A stretch of 60,104 nt of DNA, filler included, from Sluysia triapertura (taxonomy: Eukaryota), in NCBI GenBank assembly GCA_046118255.1. It is 4 parts of 4 records of this genome, joined end to end, with 100 filler letters (N's around TTAATTAATTAA, not from the genome) between each part and the next. Parts side by side here need not be neighbours in the genome. Positions count along the whole stretch, not along the records: positions 1 to 17,128 come from JBJNIA010192383.1; 3 more parts are not named here. One strand, given 5' to 3'. Each line of letters begins with the position of its first letter. Position 1 is the first letter of the stretch. The translations under genes were made by a program, and so were the position numbers. This document shows positions 1 to 12,089 of this stretch, piece by piece. The notes under the pieces were generated by a model. It did not search any database. It was not told where the DNA came from and saw nothing but the letters and a program-made list of their open reading frames with translations.

Positions 1-100
1 CAAAGGCATTCGATTTCAAGAAGCACATATTTTTTATTTTAATAGACAACAAAGTTTTTGTTCTTTACCCAGTATCGATTGATCGGCACTTGAAATACAA

Positions 101-1480
101 ATGAAACATTTCAATGTTGAAAAAATTAATCTAGAAAATATAAAAGTAAATGACAAGATAAATAAATTTTATTCATCTCGCTATATCAATTCAGTCGATT
201 CAAGAATCAAAGTAGATGTTTCTTCTCCAATAAATAATTATTCTAATAATCCAATGTCGGAACTATATTCGTATTTACAGCCTATTATTACTAAGCGCAG
301 GAAGACATTGTTGAAAAATTGTAGTCTTAGTGAAGACATTAATTTGAATATTATCGACTACTGTTGGTTACTATATGATGACTATGCACGAACAGATTTT
401 ACGGGTTTTGACAGTAAATGTTACTTTAGTAAATCGTCAAAAAATCCAATTAGCATTGCCTATACTTTCGATCATGTTTAATAATGGACAACTTTCTATT
501 CATTTTAATTTTCATTTTAACTGTATTCAATTGGAACAAATCTTAAGGAGAGAATGTTCAACACAAAAACGGATGGTAATTCAAAGTACATCTTCTGTAA
601 ATTATATGGAAAAAGTTCATACAATACTAATTAGAAGCGTCAAATCAAAACAGCATCTTGGTATATTATTCCATTCACTACGTTTTCATCCAGTGTTTAA
701 TCAACGTCTAGTATTCAACCTACATAATGCTTATTATAAAAGAAATTATAGTCAACTTAAAGTCCAACATTACGTAGATCGCAGTAACTTACTAGTTTGC
801 AGATCATCAAATGACGAAACGATGTACCAAGCTCTTCTAAAGATTCTTAATAAAATTTTTTTAAGATCAATTTTTACAATGTAAGTTTTAAGTTCATTTA
901 TGCATTAACTGTTATTTTAGTTGATTTACGTGTTACTTGGATCCGTGAAACGCAGTGTTGTAGTTCAATTCGCAGTGGGTATATGGAAGTAACAAGTTCT
1001 ACAAACAAAAATTTTGATATTAACAAATATTATAGTTGCATGAAATTCAATATATTAGGTGTTGTACTAATAAATTTTCATAATATTAACAGTAAAGTTT
1101 TTTGGTTCTTAATAACTGGCAGATTAATTTTGTTAAATTTTATTAAAACTAATGACGATAAGTTTTCTAACAATTTTAAAACTTCGTTTGACAATGTAAT
1201 ACGTAGTGATACGAAATATAACAAACTACTTAAAATTCTAAAAACTGAAAAACCCCGGTATTTAAATTTAAAAAGAAAGGTTTTAACGAACTATTGTATA
1301 AGCTTATATATAATTCTTTCAAAGTTTAGCAATAGAACTATCTGTAAGACACTAAACCTTTTCTTCAAACTCATTCAAAACAAAAGTATAGATACTTGCA
1401 TTAATTTATCTAACCCACAATGTACTAATTTGTTATTAATCTCTAATAATAACTCGTACCATCCATACCCAGAATTATAG
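101..1480 (+). pseudogene. Disrupted protein-coding-like region of unknown family
   Basis: Three long consecutive ORFs (101-481, 375-884, 983-1480) in AT-rich DNA. A canonical 40-bp intron (881-920, GTAAGT...TTTTAG) does not join the frames cleanly, and a frame change is needed near 480. No family recognised. Confidence 0.35.
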
Positions 1481-3107
1481 AATGTTTGCGTTTTCAAAAT
1501 TGCACTGATTTATTTTGGAAGTTAATTGCTTAGCCTAATGTGCAAATGTATCTGAATGCGGGTTTACGCGTAAGGTGACGTACTCGGGAATTTTCTTAAA
1601 TTATGAACTCTTATGCAATACATAAATTATTTAATGAGCAAACTCTGGGTGTAATGCTATTTAAGTTGGTGAGTTGTCGAATTAATTAAATAAGCAATAC
1701 AAAAATTCAAATTATACAACTATTAAAACAAAATGATTACTTAAGTTTATTATTATGATTTTTCTTATTAATTAAACGGAAAACGTTAAGCTCTATCAAC
1801 TATAATTTAATACAAATAAATCATATATATACTTATATAATTTGCGAACAAATTATTCTCCGATTTCAAGCAGACATTGACAATCCTAATAATAATACAA
1901 TTTTTACAATCCAACGTCAAAGAAGTAATTTAACGTATATTGTTACTCTGAATATCTTCAAATTATAAGTCTATATACTATTCAAATCAATGTTGAATGA
2001 ATTCTTTAAAGAAATATTTTTTATTTATTCTTAAATCCTATTTACATCAATTAATTTTTTATCATATGTGCTTTTCTCATGTAATTATTTTATTTTCAGA
2101 TATTCAATTACTAACAACAACAGGTTATTCCTTATTATTATTATTATTATTATTATCATTCTTATTATTATTATTTTAATTTTTTATATACTTAAAAACC
2201 ATACTACATGAAATGTTCGTTTAGAGTATGTTGTTTAATAATAATAACTTAAGGATGAGAGCATTAATCGAGTTTTAATCCAATGTTGTCAATGATTATT
2301 AAAGCGACTTGTTCATAAAACAAGAATTATAATTAATTAATTGATAACGTTATAAAAACTGAAGACATACTCGATGATGAAAGATAGTTATATGTTGCTA
2401 GTTGAGAAGTTTCAAAAAATTAGAATAAATTCTAAATTATTTATGTTATTTCTTAATTAAAATTTTGAAATTATTTAAGTTGATGTGAATTTCTTAATTC
2501 CTAACCTATGGCAAAATATTTTTGAGCAGGGTCGGTTACAATAAACAATATTGACGTAGAGTGTGTGTCAATTTAAGACTATAAATTGACAGTCTTAAAA
2601 ATTTAATGTGAAAATTTTGAAATAATATGTACAACTTTAATAATCATTCTTGTTTTTTTTCTAAACATTAGAGTCTTGTGTTTAAAAGCTTAATCTATAA
2701 TTGCAAATAATCTGATCCACAAAATTATCTCAAATCTACTTTAATCTTTATACTGTAACCTTAACTCTTTGATGATATTTGTTATTATGAAACATTTATT
2801 TAGTGAAAGTTTATTTAAGAAAAAGCAAAGTTCTTTCTGTTTCAGAAATATTATGATGAATGAATTACCTTAAGCGCTTTTGAGTACTTTCGCAGTAGGT
2901 ACGTACGTAATATAAATTAATGTATTATTATTATTATTAATACAATTTATTGTAGGATCTTTATTCAATGATGATTTATAATTTAACATTACTAGACATT
3001 TATTTATGGACAAAATATTAAACAAACTTAACCACTTAAAAGTCGGATTTTTCTGAGAAAAGGTGTGAGAATTTTGCTTTGGTTTTTTAAAGATATCAAT
3101 ATATTAA

Positions 3108-3157
3108 GTGAGTCCTCTATGACACTGGGCTTTCGCACTTAAGGGCCAGCGCATAGA
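3108..3157 (+). repeat. Conserved hairpin family, copy 1
   Basis: GTGAGT-CC-TCTATG-ACA-CTGG-GCTT...AGGG-CCAG-CG-CATAGA; homologous to 18059-18105, 33018-33067 and 46955-47001. Confidence 0.7.
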
Positions 3158-3759
3158 TGTCAGCTAATAAGACAAAATGGGAATGGGAGGTGAATAATGT
3201 GTCTACTTTTCTGTTCTTTATACGATTTTAAATAGAAATTTGATTCGGATCTAAAAAGATCTTTTTTAAAGTATTTTATTTTAATAAATATTTGATAGTT
3301 TTTAGTTTATTAATGTACGAAAAAGTACCTTATAAATGTCAACAATTTTATAATACTTTTCTTTTTAGCAGTATATAAAAAGAAATAAAATATTCAATTA
3401 TTAGATTAATAATACAAATTAAGTGGACAAAATACTGATATATACAGTCTTAATAAAACATCCAATTATTAAATTACAAACAAAGTATACAGTCTATTAT
3501 CATAATGGCCGTTGGGCGTAATGGTAACAAATATCGAAAATTTTAAGATAATTTAAAATTAAATTTAAATTCGAATTCAAAGAAAGGACTTAAGTCCTGT
3601 ATTAATTTATTAGAGAAAGAATGAATTAAATAATTATTAATCAAATAAGTGTCGAAACACAGATTACCATTATAACAGTAAAAAAAACAAATAATCGAAG
3701 ACGGCATATAATGAACATTCAAATATTAAGGAATAAAAAATGTTTTGAAGACACCAAAT

Positions 3760-4379
3760 AATAAAAATGTTTAAAGACACTAAAACATGAGGTTCACATA
3801 CTTCGAATACTTCTTCAAATTCGAAGCACTTAATTGTATACTATGACAGTTTACGTATACACATTAAACAAGACACTTTCAATTTATTAAAATGGCGATT
3901 TAAGCAGAACATATTAAACGTAGAAATATTGCAATTTTTAAAACACTCAGTGGAGTAAACTGAGTTACAGTTGATAAAATCTTTAAGGACAGTTCCCGAA
4001 TTTGACTATTGTCGACTTCAAGAGCTTGATTCATCATAGGAAGGATGTAGCTCTTCAATTCTAACTCAGGAAATTTGCTAATCATGAAGTTCAAATCTTG
4101 TGAGCGTATAAGCACTATCTGAAATAACTGCGTCACATAGAAAACAAGAATAAGCTTTGGTAGCACGTATTTGGATAAATCGATTTCCGTAGCAATTTTT
4201 GGTAGTAATTTATAAAGTTGGGATCGAATTTGAAAAGTTGATACCGTAGGATTGATGAAAGCTGAAACCTTGCTAAGTTGCAGTGTATCATTATAATCAA
4301 CTGAGTTGGTTTTATAACAAAATTTAGTAACATCTTGCATATTTGTACAAATCTCGAACCAAAAAATTTCGGGTAACAA
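3760..4379 (-). pseudogene. SCYL2: SCY1-like protein 2 (SCYL2) HEAT-region fragment, degraded
   Basis: ILPMMNQALEVDNSQIRELSLKIL resembles SCYL2 ILPMVYRALEAPSIQIQELCLNII. Past the stop at 3900 the frame continues MCIRKLS*Y...EPHVLVSLNIF, resembling VCLGKILEY...EPAVLMGILGIY. In-frame stops and apparent internal deletions; no introns seen. Confidence 0.65.
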
Positions 4380-6719
4380 TTAAGTAAAATTAAGGTGAAA
4401 TTATTTCACTGATTTCGAAATTTAAAAAATTAGAAAAAAAAGAAAATTCAAACAAAAATAATGAATTTTCAAAAAAATGGAAGTTTAATTTTGGAACAAA
4501 ACATAAATTTCATAAACTTTTTAATATACATCTTTTAAAATAGAAGAATACACATAAAAAAATTAAAATTTGATAGGTGCTGCAAAGGAGGAGGAAGAAA
4601 GCGACATGGGCAAGAAAAGCTACAGTTAATTTATAAATAATAAAACTTTGCATGCTAATGATTTAATCGTATGAATTTATAAGTTTATCGAGGTATGATG
4701 ATGTTTTGAAATGGATAAGATGTTCATGAATGAGTTTAGAGTGAATTGTATTTGTGCTTATGTCTGTGGTAATGGATGAATTTAAAAACCAAATCATGCG
4801 TACCGGTGTGACACTACAATTATCACTTAAAAAAACAAAATGTCTCGGATAGTAGTTTCTATTAATAAAAGATTATATAATAAAACAATAACAGTTTATT
4901 AATATTATAATAATAATATTTTTTAATTTAAATCAGCAATGTAAATTTTTTACACAATTAAGATTTGAATTTTATTAAATTTTGTAAGATGTTACAAATT
5001 AATACTTAAATTAACTAACGATTAGATTAAATAACTCGATAAAATCCTTGTAAATAATCTTCCTTTGGTAAATCAATTAACTTCTTAATACAAATTCAAT
5101 CTTCCGGCATATTAAGTTTTCTTTTATAAATTGTAAATTCGATTCTTTATATGAAATTCTGTTGTTTAATATTTACTTACCAATACTTTTAAAAATTTCT
5201 ATGGTTTATCTATGTTGAAATTTTTAAAAACAATTGTCTAATGAATTGCAAAAATTTTGTTGAGATTATTAATATTGTTTTATTAACCAATAATATTTAT
5301 GCATGCTAACATATTTTTTAATACTACTAATAATAATATATTTAATAATATTAATAATAATAATATTAAAAATAATATTAATAATTATAATATTAAAATA
5401 ATAATAATTTCAGTTTAATAATAATAATAATTTCAACTCATCTATTTAAATGAAATTTATTATCAATTTAATTTTAATTTAATTTTTTATATTTTTTACA
5501 TTAAATAACGTATTAAATAATTTTCAATAAAGATTATATACATTTAAACATTGCCAAACAATTGTTACTTTTTATTTTTCTTATGACTACATTTATTAAT
5601 GTTGGGATTGTCAAGTTAGTGTGTAGAATTTAAAATATATAAGAAAAAATGATATAAAATATCTGAAATATGACAATATAAACAATTAAATATTTTCAGA
5701 GCAAGAATAATGAACAGTAAAATGTTTATAATCATTTTGAAACCGAAGAATATTTTGGAGTTCCAAAGACCTTTGTTTGTATTGAGATCCTTGTGAAGAC
5801 TTAAGTAAGGTTTGGAAAGATGTCTTGATGTTTTAAGTTATCTTTGAACTTCGGAACCTTGGAATCATTTGAGACCTTGTTGAGACCTGTTGGAACCTAT
5901 TAAAACCCTTGAGACTTTAATAAACTTTTGAGATCTTCGAATAACCTTTAAAATGTTCAAAGATTTAAATAATGGTTAATGATATTAAAGACAAATTTAA
6001 TATAGTAATAATTAAAATAAAAAGTAGAAAAGGCATCAGAATGATGGTGAAGACATATAGAACTTCCTGAGTACCTTGTAAAGTATTTAACAACTTTATA
6101 ACCATGATAAAACCTTTAAACTTAGAATAAAATAAATTAAAAAATCAATTAATTAATTAATTAATTAAAATCTTACTTAACTTAAGAAAAATTATGTTTC
6201 TGTGAATAACTTTTGAATGAGGAATGCTATGTTAAAAATGTAACTGTGTGTATAAGTTTTAAAGAGACCTTTCGATGAAGATAAGGTTTGACCAAATTCA
6301 TGCGAGGAAAGCCTCTATATTGAAAAAAGTCGAATTTTAATTAATATTTAATTGAAAATGCTGAAATTTCCATATTTATAATGATGAAGAGATTATGAGT
6401 ATGGAGTGATTGCTATGAAATAGGAGAATCCAAAAATGAGGTTGAAATGTTTGTGAAATGGTTATTTTGGGAATGAGAACCTTCAACATTTTCCATTAAA
6501 AATTGAGTGTGATGAATTAAAAATTAATTAAAATGTAAAAACTAAAGTTAAATTCATTATTTTTAAGTATGTCAATAATAATAATTGTTATTTTAATGTA
6601 AGAAATGATTCATGAAAAACGAGATCGAGTAGAGTAGTAGAAAAAATGAGAGTTGATTGTTAATCGAATTGTTTTGTTTTTCTTGACAGGTCGAACCATG
6701 TAAGTGTCAAAGTCGTTTT

Positions 6720-7115
6720 AGTAGAATTAACTTTTCAACAGCAGGGAAGCAGCTTCAATTCTTCAGTGGTGACAGTAAAGTTATTTCTTTTGTAATTGAC
6801 TAAAATAAACCATTTTCTTTTTAGAACAAGGATTAGTAATATATTTCTTAGTGTTTATATTTTGCACTAATACAGGTGCTGAAGTTTAAATAGGTTGTGA
6901 TTTGTCTTTAAAGAATAATAATAATTTTTATAAAGAATAATTTGTACTGTCATTGTTAAAAGAATAATATGTATTTGTTATAATGAGTAATTTGTATTGC
7001 CATTGTTATAAAGAATAATTTATATGTTTATATATAATATAAAGAATATATCGAGATTTTGAATTTATTTTTTATTGAGTTCTAATTTGATAATTTGGGA
7101 ACATAAAAGTATTAT
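6720..7115 (+). repeat. Dispersed repeat family A copy with ~30-bp internal tandem units (AAAGAATAATTTGTA...)
   Basis: Collinear similarity to 18560-18920 (TTGACTAAAATAA...TTAGTAATATATTTCTTA...ATATCGAGATTTTGAATTTATT). Confidence 0.75.
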
Positions 7116-10100
7116 GACACAACAATATTCTCAATATTAATATTAATATTATCAATAATTACTTTATTTACCATTATTATAAATTTTATTTATTTATAAT
7201 TATTATTATTAAATTTGCAATTATATTTTTTATTATTCATTATTAATAATTTTTATTATTAATTTCATAATTTCCGTAAATTTTATTATTATTTTTTATT
7301 AACTTAATATCTAAATTAATTTTATAATTGAATTAATTTTCATTAATTTTGAATTAAATTTATTTTAGATCCAGCATAATAGATTATTTCATCTGTAAAA
7401 TCTTTCGATTTTAAAGATTCAGCTTGATATAATTTTTTATTCGAAGTTCATAAATAAAAGGGATTTAAATTAATACGTTTTTTATTTAAAATAACTATTG
7501 GTAACTTAAATAAAATAATATCTTATGTTAGTATAATTATTTATTTTTACAATATTCTCTTACGGAATTTCAGTGTTATTGCATTCACTTGAATTTATTG
7601 ATAAAGTTCGATATTTATTTAATCAACTATTTGTCCGTCTAGTTATTTGGAAAATTGCTTTCAAAGATGACATATAACATTGACTAAAAATTTTTTTCAA
7701 CATTCATTAATTTACATTATTGCCTAATAAAGTGTTATTTTTTAAATAGTGAGTTCACACTACCCGTATCATGAACGATGAAATCAGTTAATGGACTAAT
7801 AAAAGTTATCTTAGTTATTTTTACATTTGTTATCTCTGATAATTTATTTAAATTTAACATTCACTTTTGTTTGCCTCGGTAAAAGGATTTAACTTAAATT
7901 AAATTTGAAAAATAGTGCAAAACTTTGTTTTAAGGTAACTTTTATTAACTAAATAAGTGCAAAATTTATCAATAAATTCAATAATATAGCAACAGTTAAG
8001 TATTTAACACACTTAGATTTACTTAGAGAAAATTGTAAAAATAACTTTACTAATGAGATTTTATTTTGCTTATATAAATTATCGTCAGTTACTTTAATAC
8101 AACACTTGAAACTAATTGATTACATCGGCTTTACAGTTATAACATTGGACATTATTTTACTTATGAAAGTAATGAACAATGCGTCATTTTTGCTTATAAA
8201 TTTAACTATTTTCTTACTTTTTCTAATGATAGTCAACTGAATAATTACTAATATTTTACTTTCCACATCTTTAGGAGTAAAATTGGATTTATTAGATGTG
8301 ACAAAAGACCATTTTCATTGAAAGTATTCTAAAAGTTATCGTAGAACCACAGTAAAATTAGTTATATCAAAGACAACCTGCAAAAAAGAGAAAAAATGAA
8401 AGCGTAACAATAATTTTTATTAAATCCGAAGTTAACTCTACAATGTTCACACATACGTCAACTGCATTTTATTGTACAACTTATGCGCATTATACCTGCA
8501 TTATAAAATAACTACATTGAAGATAATTTAGCGTCAAATGTGGCAGTTATCATTAATATTTTTGCAGCGTAATGTTTACCAATTTGAAATTAAATTGCGC
8601 ACCCTATGCCTTAACTTAACGTAAAGTAATTAGATATTAATTATTATATACTTCATACTAACTGAAAAATATAAGGCAAATATATTGCTTTAGACAATAT
8701 GTAAATATTAAAATTTTATTTTCATCGATTCAGATTTTATTATTAATCATAGCGTTTGCTTTCTCATTCAAGTTTCAATAATTTAAACAATTGTTATAAC
8801 CACAAATAATTGTCAAGTAGGAACTACAATATATCTTGCTCACAAGATAACTTTACTAGAAAATTATTTCAAAATTTTATTTGTTGTAAACAATTATCAA
8901 AAAATAAAATATATTTATGTACATAAGTCAAATCTAATGAATAATCACATAATAATACAATTTTTCATATCTTCTACCATAACGTTTACATATTCTTCTT
9001 GAAGAAATTTTTTCACGTTTTCTAATTCTATATTTACTTTCTTCAAAATACTTATCTGTTCTGTTATCCAATTCGAGTTATATATACAATGTAAACTGTC
9101 TTCCTTATACATCCACACTGAAATGAAAAATAAATAAAATGATGACCATAAAGAAATTTTCCTGCATGAAATAACGTACAAATTTTTAATTTTTGTTTTA
9201 TTTAGAATTATCACTTATTCACCGCAAGAAAGAGATTGAATTAAGACAATCTATTTACCAACTCGATGTATTTATCACAAAATTTTAGATCAACTAAATC
9301 ATCTAGCTCATTTGATGATTTTTGTTTTAGATAATATTAAATAACATATTAACCACTTAACGCATGTTTCTTTTCGACAAGACCGTCAAAAATGATGACT
9401 TTGTTTAGCATAGATTGATAAAACTTACTTTTTATATGTTATTTAAGTTAAGATTCTTTCCCGAGTTAATTCGGGCTTGTGCATTAACTTAAATTGAAAA
9501 ATAAAGTTGCCCGAGTTAACTCGGGGCTATGCAATTTTGATGGTAACACATGCCCGAGTTAACTAATTGTATTTTAAATTGTGGTTAAATAATTGTATTT
9601 TAACTAAATTTATTCAAAAGTATTTGTTCTATTGACTGGATAAAAATAGAAATATTCAAATTTTACTTATTCCTAATATATGTTTCGCAAAAATATATTT
9701 ACCATTTAACATTTTAAAACGAATAAGGCCAAGGTGGTTGAATCTGGTGCTGCATAAACTAAAATCAAATAAACAATATAATATTAATAGCACACTTAAA
9801 AACGATATTTAATTGTTAACTCAAAATTGCATCTACGAACAGCCAGTTATATAAAAAAGTGAATTTTTTAAAAAAATTAAAGCTTCAATTATAAATATTA
9901 ACATTTGTAAAGTTAATAAATTTTTCCAAAACTAATTTTTTTTATTCTAAAACATTTATATACTCACTTTAGTCATCAAAAATTATTTTTTGCTAAGGAA
10001 ATTAACTGTAAACAACTTTTAATTAAAAGAATATTTAATAAAATAAATAAAATCTAAAATAAATTGTTAAAAACTCAAGAACGTTAGTACACTTAAGAAA

Positions 10101-10252
10101 AACTTTAAAAATTGATGATGGGAAAGAAATATTTCAAAGATAATGAAAGAAAAATAAGTGAAACGGGCTTATCACATTTAATTAGCCGAGAAAGGAGTAC
10201 ACCGAATAAAAAGTATACCGAAGAAGCGCAAAAAGAACAAGACGAATATAAA

Positions 10253-10388
10253 TGTTGCGGTAAAAGGCCTAAAAAGTGCCAAGTAATATAATTGAATATA
10301 TTGAAAATGAAATTGTTAGATGGGGCTGATAGCTCAGTGGTAGAGCATTCGAACTGCGCAGCGATACAAATGAGGATCAAACCTTCCC
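10253..10388 (+). mobile_element. tRNA-like-cassette repeat (SINE-like or LTR-like), copy
   Basis: TGTTGCGGTAAAAGGCCTAAAAAGTG head, then ...TTGTTAGA-TGGGGCTGATAGCTCAGTGGTAGAGCATTCGAACTGCGCAGCGAT; A box intact, B box degenerate. Confidence 0.7.
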
Positions 10389-10659
10389 TAAAAAGAAATA
10401 AACACTAATAAAATTTAATAAATTAATATAATAGGCATAAAATTGGATAACATAAAAGATATAACATAAAAGATATGACTAGGGTCTTCTAGGACATTTT
10501 ATTGTATCATTAGTTTAAGGTAATGCACAAGTGATACATTCGGTGAAATGATATTCGGTACAGAAGATAAATTCGTAGCTTTTAATTTTTTAAAGGCTTT
10601 CGATACCAAGTGTATACTCACCATAAACTTTCTGCCCAACATTCCTTCTAAGTGCTGTG

Positions 10660-11230
10660 CCCTTTTAATAATTTTCCCAAATTATTAGATCAAAACTAAA
10701 TAAATTCAAAATCTCGATATGTTCTTTATATTATCACAAAATTACAACTAAAATATTCTTTATACAAACAGCGATACAAATTATTCTTTATAACAATATG
10801 AATTATTCATCAATGATAAATATCAACGAGGATGACACAACTTATTTAAATTTTCGCACCCATATTAATACAAAATTATAATCAGTCTAAAATAATTCAC
10901 TAACCCTTATTACTCTAACTGTAAATACTTATTTTAATCAATCACCGTTAACCACAGATGGATCAAGACAGAGTACCTACATCTAGAAATCTTCTTTAAT
11001 TTTCTTAATTCGCATCTCTATCGCTTGCTACTTCTGCCTTTCTTGCAAAAATGTAACTGCTTATATAGCAGTTTTTATCGTAATTAGAGAAATTAAAAAT
11101 TAGAAACTGAATAAGACGGAAATCAAAACTGTCGATTTTCTTTTAGTCGGCAATAAGCGACTAATTTCGCTGATTAAATGTCAACATAAATTTACGTCTA
11201 TGTTCATCTTCATTATCCCACTCCTAACAC
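10660..11230 (-). repeat. Dispersed repeat family A copy
   Basis: Collinear with 36790-37470 (AAATCTCGATAT...TGACACAACTT...CACTAACC...TGCTTATATAGCAGTTT...GACTAATTTCG) and the reverse complement of 18250-18920. Confidence 0.8.
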
Positions 11231-11519
11231 CATTATAATGGCCGTGACATTATTAATGTCATCAAATATTTAAAATGATAATTGAAATTGAAAATGGACA
11301 TCGAGTTATTAGGTTGGAAAGTATTTACGTGAAAAAACTTTATTACGATATCATCAAAATCCATTAGAATCCAATTACGAAAATTTATTAAATTTTAAGA
11401 AGACACTTTATTAATAAATAAATAAAATAACTATATTGTACATATATTGATAAAACAACATGCGTTGGATATAAAAGATCATAAAAAGTCTTACGTTTCG
11501 AAACTCGAAACTCGATCAA

Positions 11520-11790
11520 AACAAAAACTCCCGATTCATGAGTATTCAGTCATTCTTGGACTTTTGATTCGAAGTATCACAGCTTGAATAAAATTTTTTT
11601 GCATTTCTTGTTTTCTTTAATTTGATCGCCATATTTTTTGCATAAATAATTATAACACATAACCGCAGAGTAAAAATTGGTTTCATTTTTACATGCATGG
11701 TAAAAGTGCATCGTTTGTATATAGATTTTTCTTTTAAAACTGATGTATTTATTCCACATTACGATATCGTCGGTAGGTATTATCATGCTT
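11520..11790 (-). pseudogene. BRO1-domain (BROX-like) C-terminal fragment
   Basis: WNKYISFKRKIYIQTMHFYH...LCKKYG...LFKL*...HESG resembles BROX [20 protein letters not shown]...LCKEYG...FFRKL...RENG; in-frame stops. Confidence 0.45.
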
Positions 11791-12089
11791 TTAAAACTGG
11801 CTCAAATTATTCAAATTATTTTTGTTAACATATTAAACAACAAAAGTCTTTTTTGTTAATCATTTCTCTTTCTTTGTCTTTTAATTTCTATGGACATCAA
11901 AAGTATACGAAATGGTGATATATAAAAGCAAATACATAGAAAATTTTTCACATAACACTTAAGACAACGTTTACGAGAAAAAGAAAATCCATGATGATGG
12001 TAACATTTTTGTTTACTTTATAATTTTAATTATTCAAAATAGCCTAACATTTTTATTTATTTTATATTAATTAATTAAAATAGAAATAT

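Noticed and set aside
1997-2179. Leu-rich hydrophobic ORF
   Set aside because: Produced by TTA/ATT low-complexity repeats.
3108-3191. Spliced-leader RNA or hammerhead ribozyme identity for the hairpin family
   Set aside because: No conserved leader upstream of the GT, no consistent Sm site, and no CTGANGA/GAAA core in the four copies.
5755-6120. CRISPR-like or coding tandem repeat (GAGACCT/GAACCT units)
   Set aside because: Irregular short degenerate units with no constant repeat-spacer structure, in eukaryotic context; likely a decayed minisatellite.
8945-9214. 89-aa minus-strand ORF as a gene
   Set aside because: No recognisable motif, and no splice partners could be joined in frame.
10322-10388. 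Functional tRNA gene
   Set aside because: The T arm/B box and 3' acceptor strand are degenerate, and related copies differ by indels, so it is treated as a tRNA-derived repeat.
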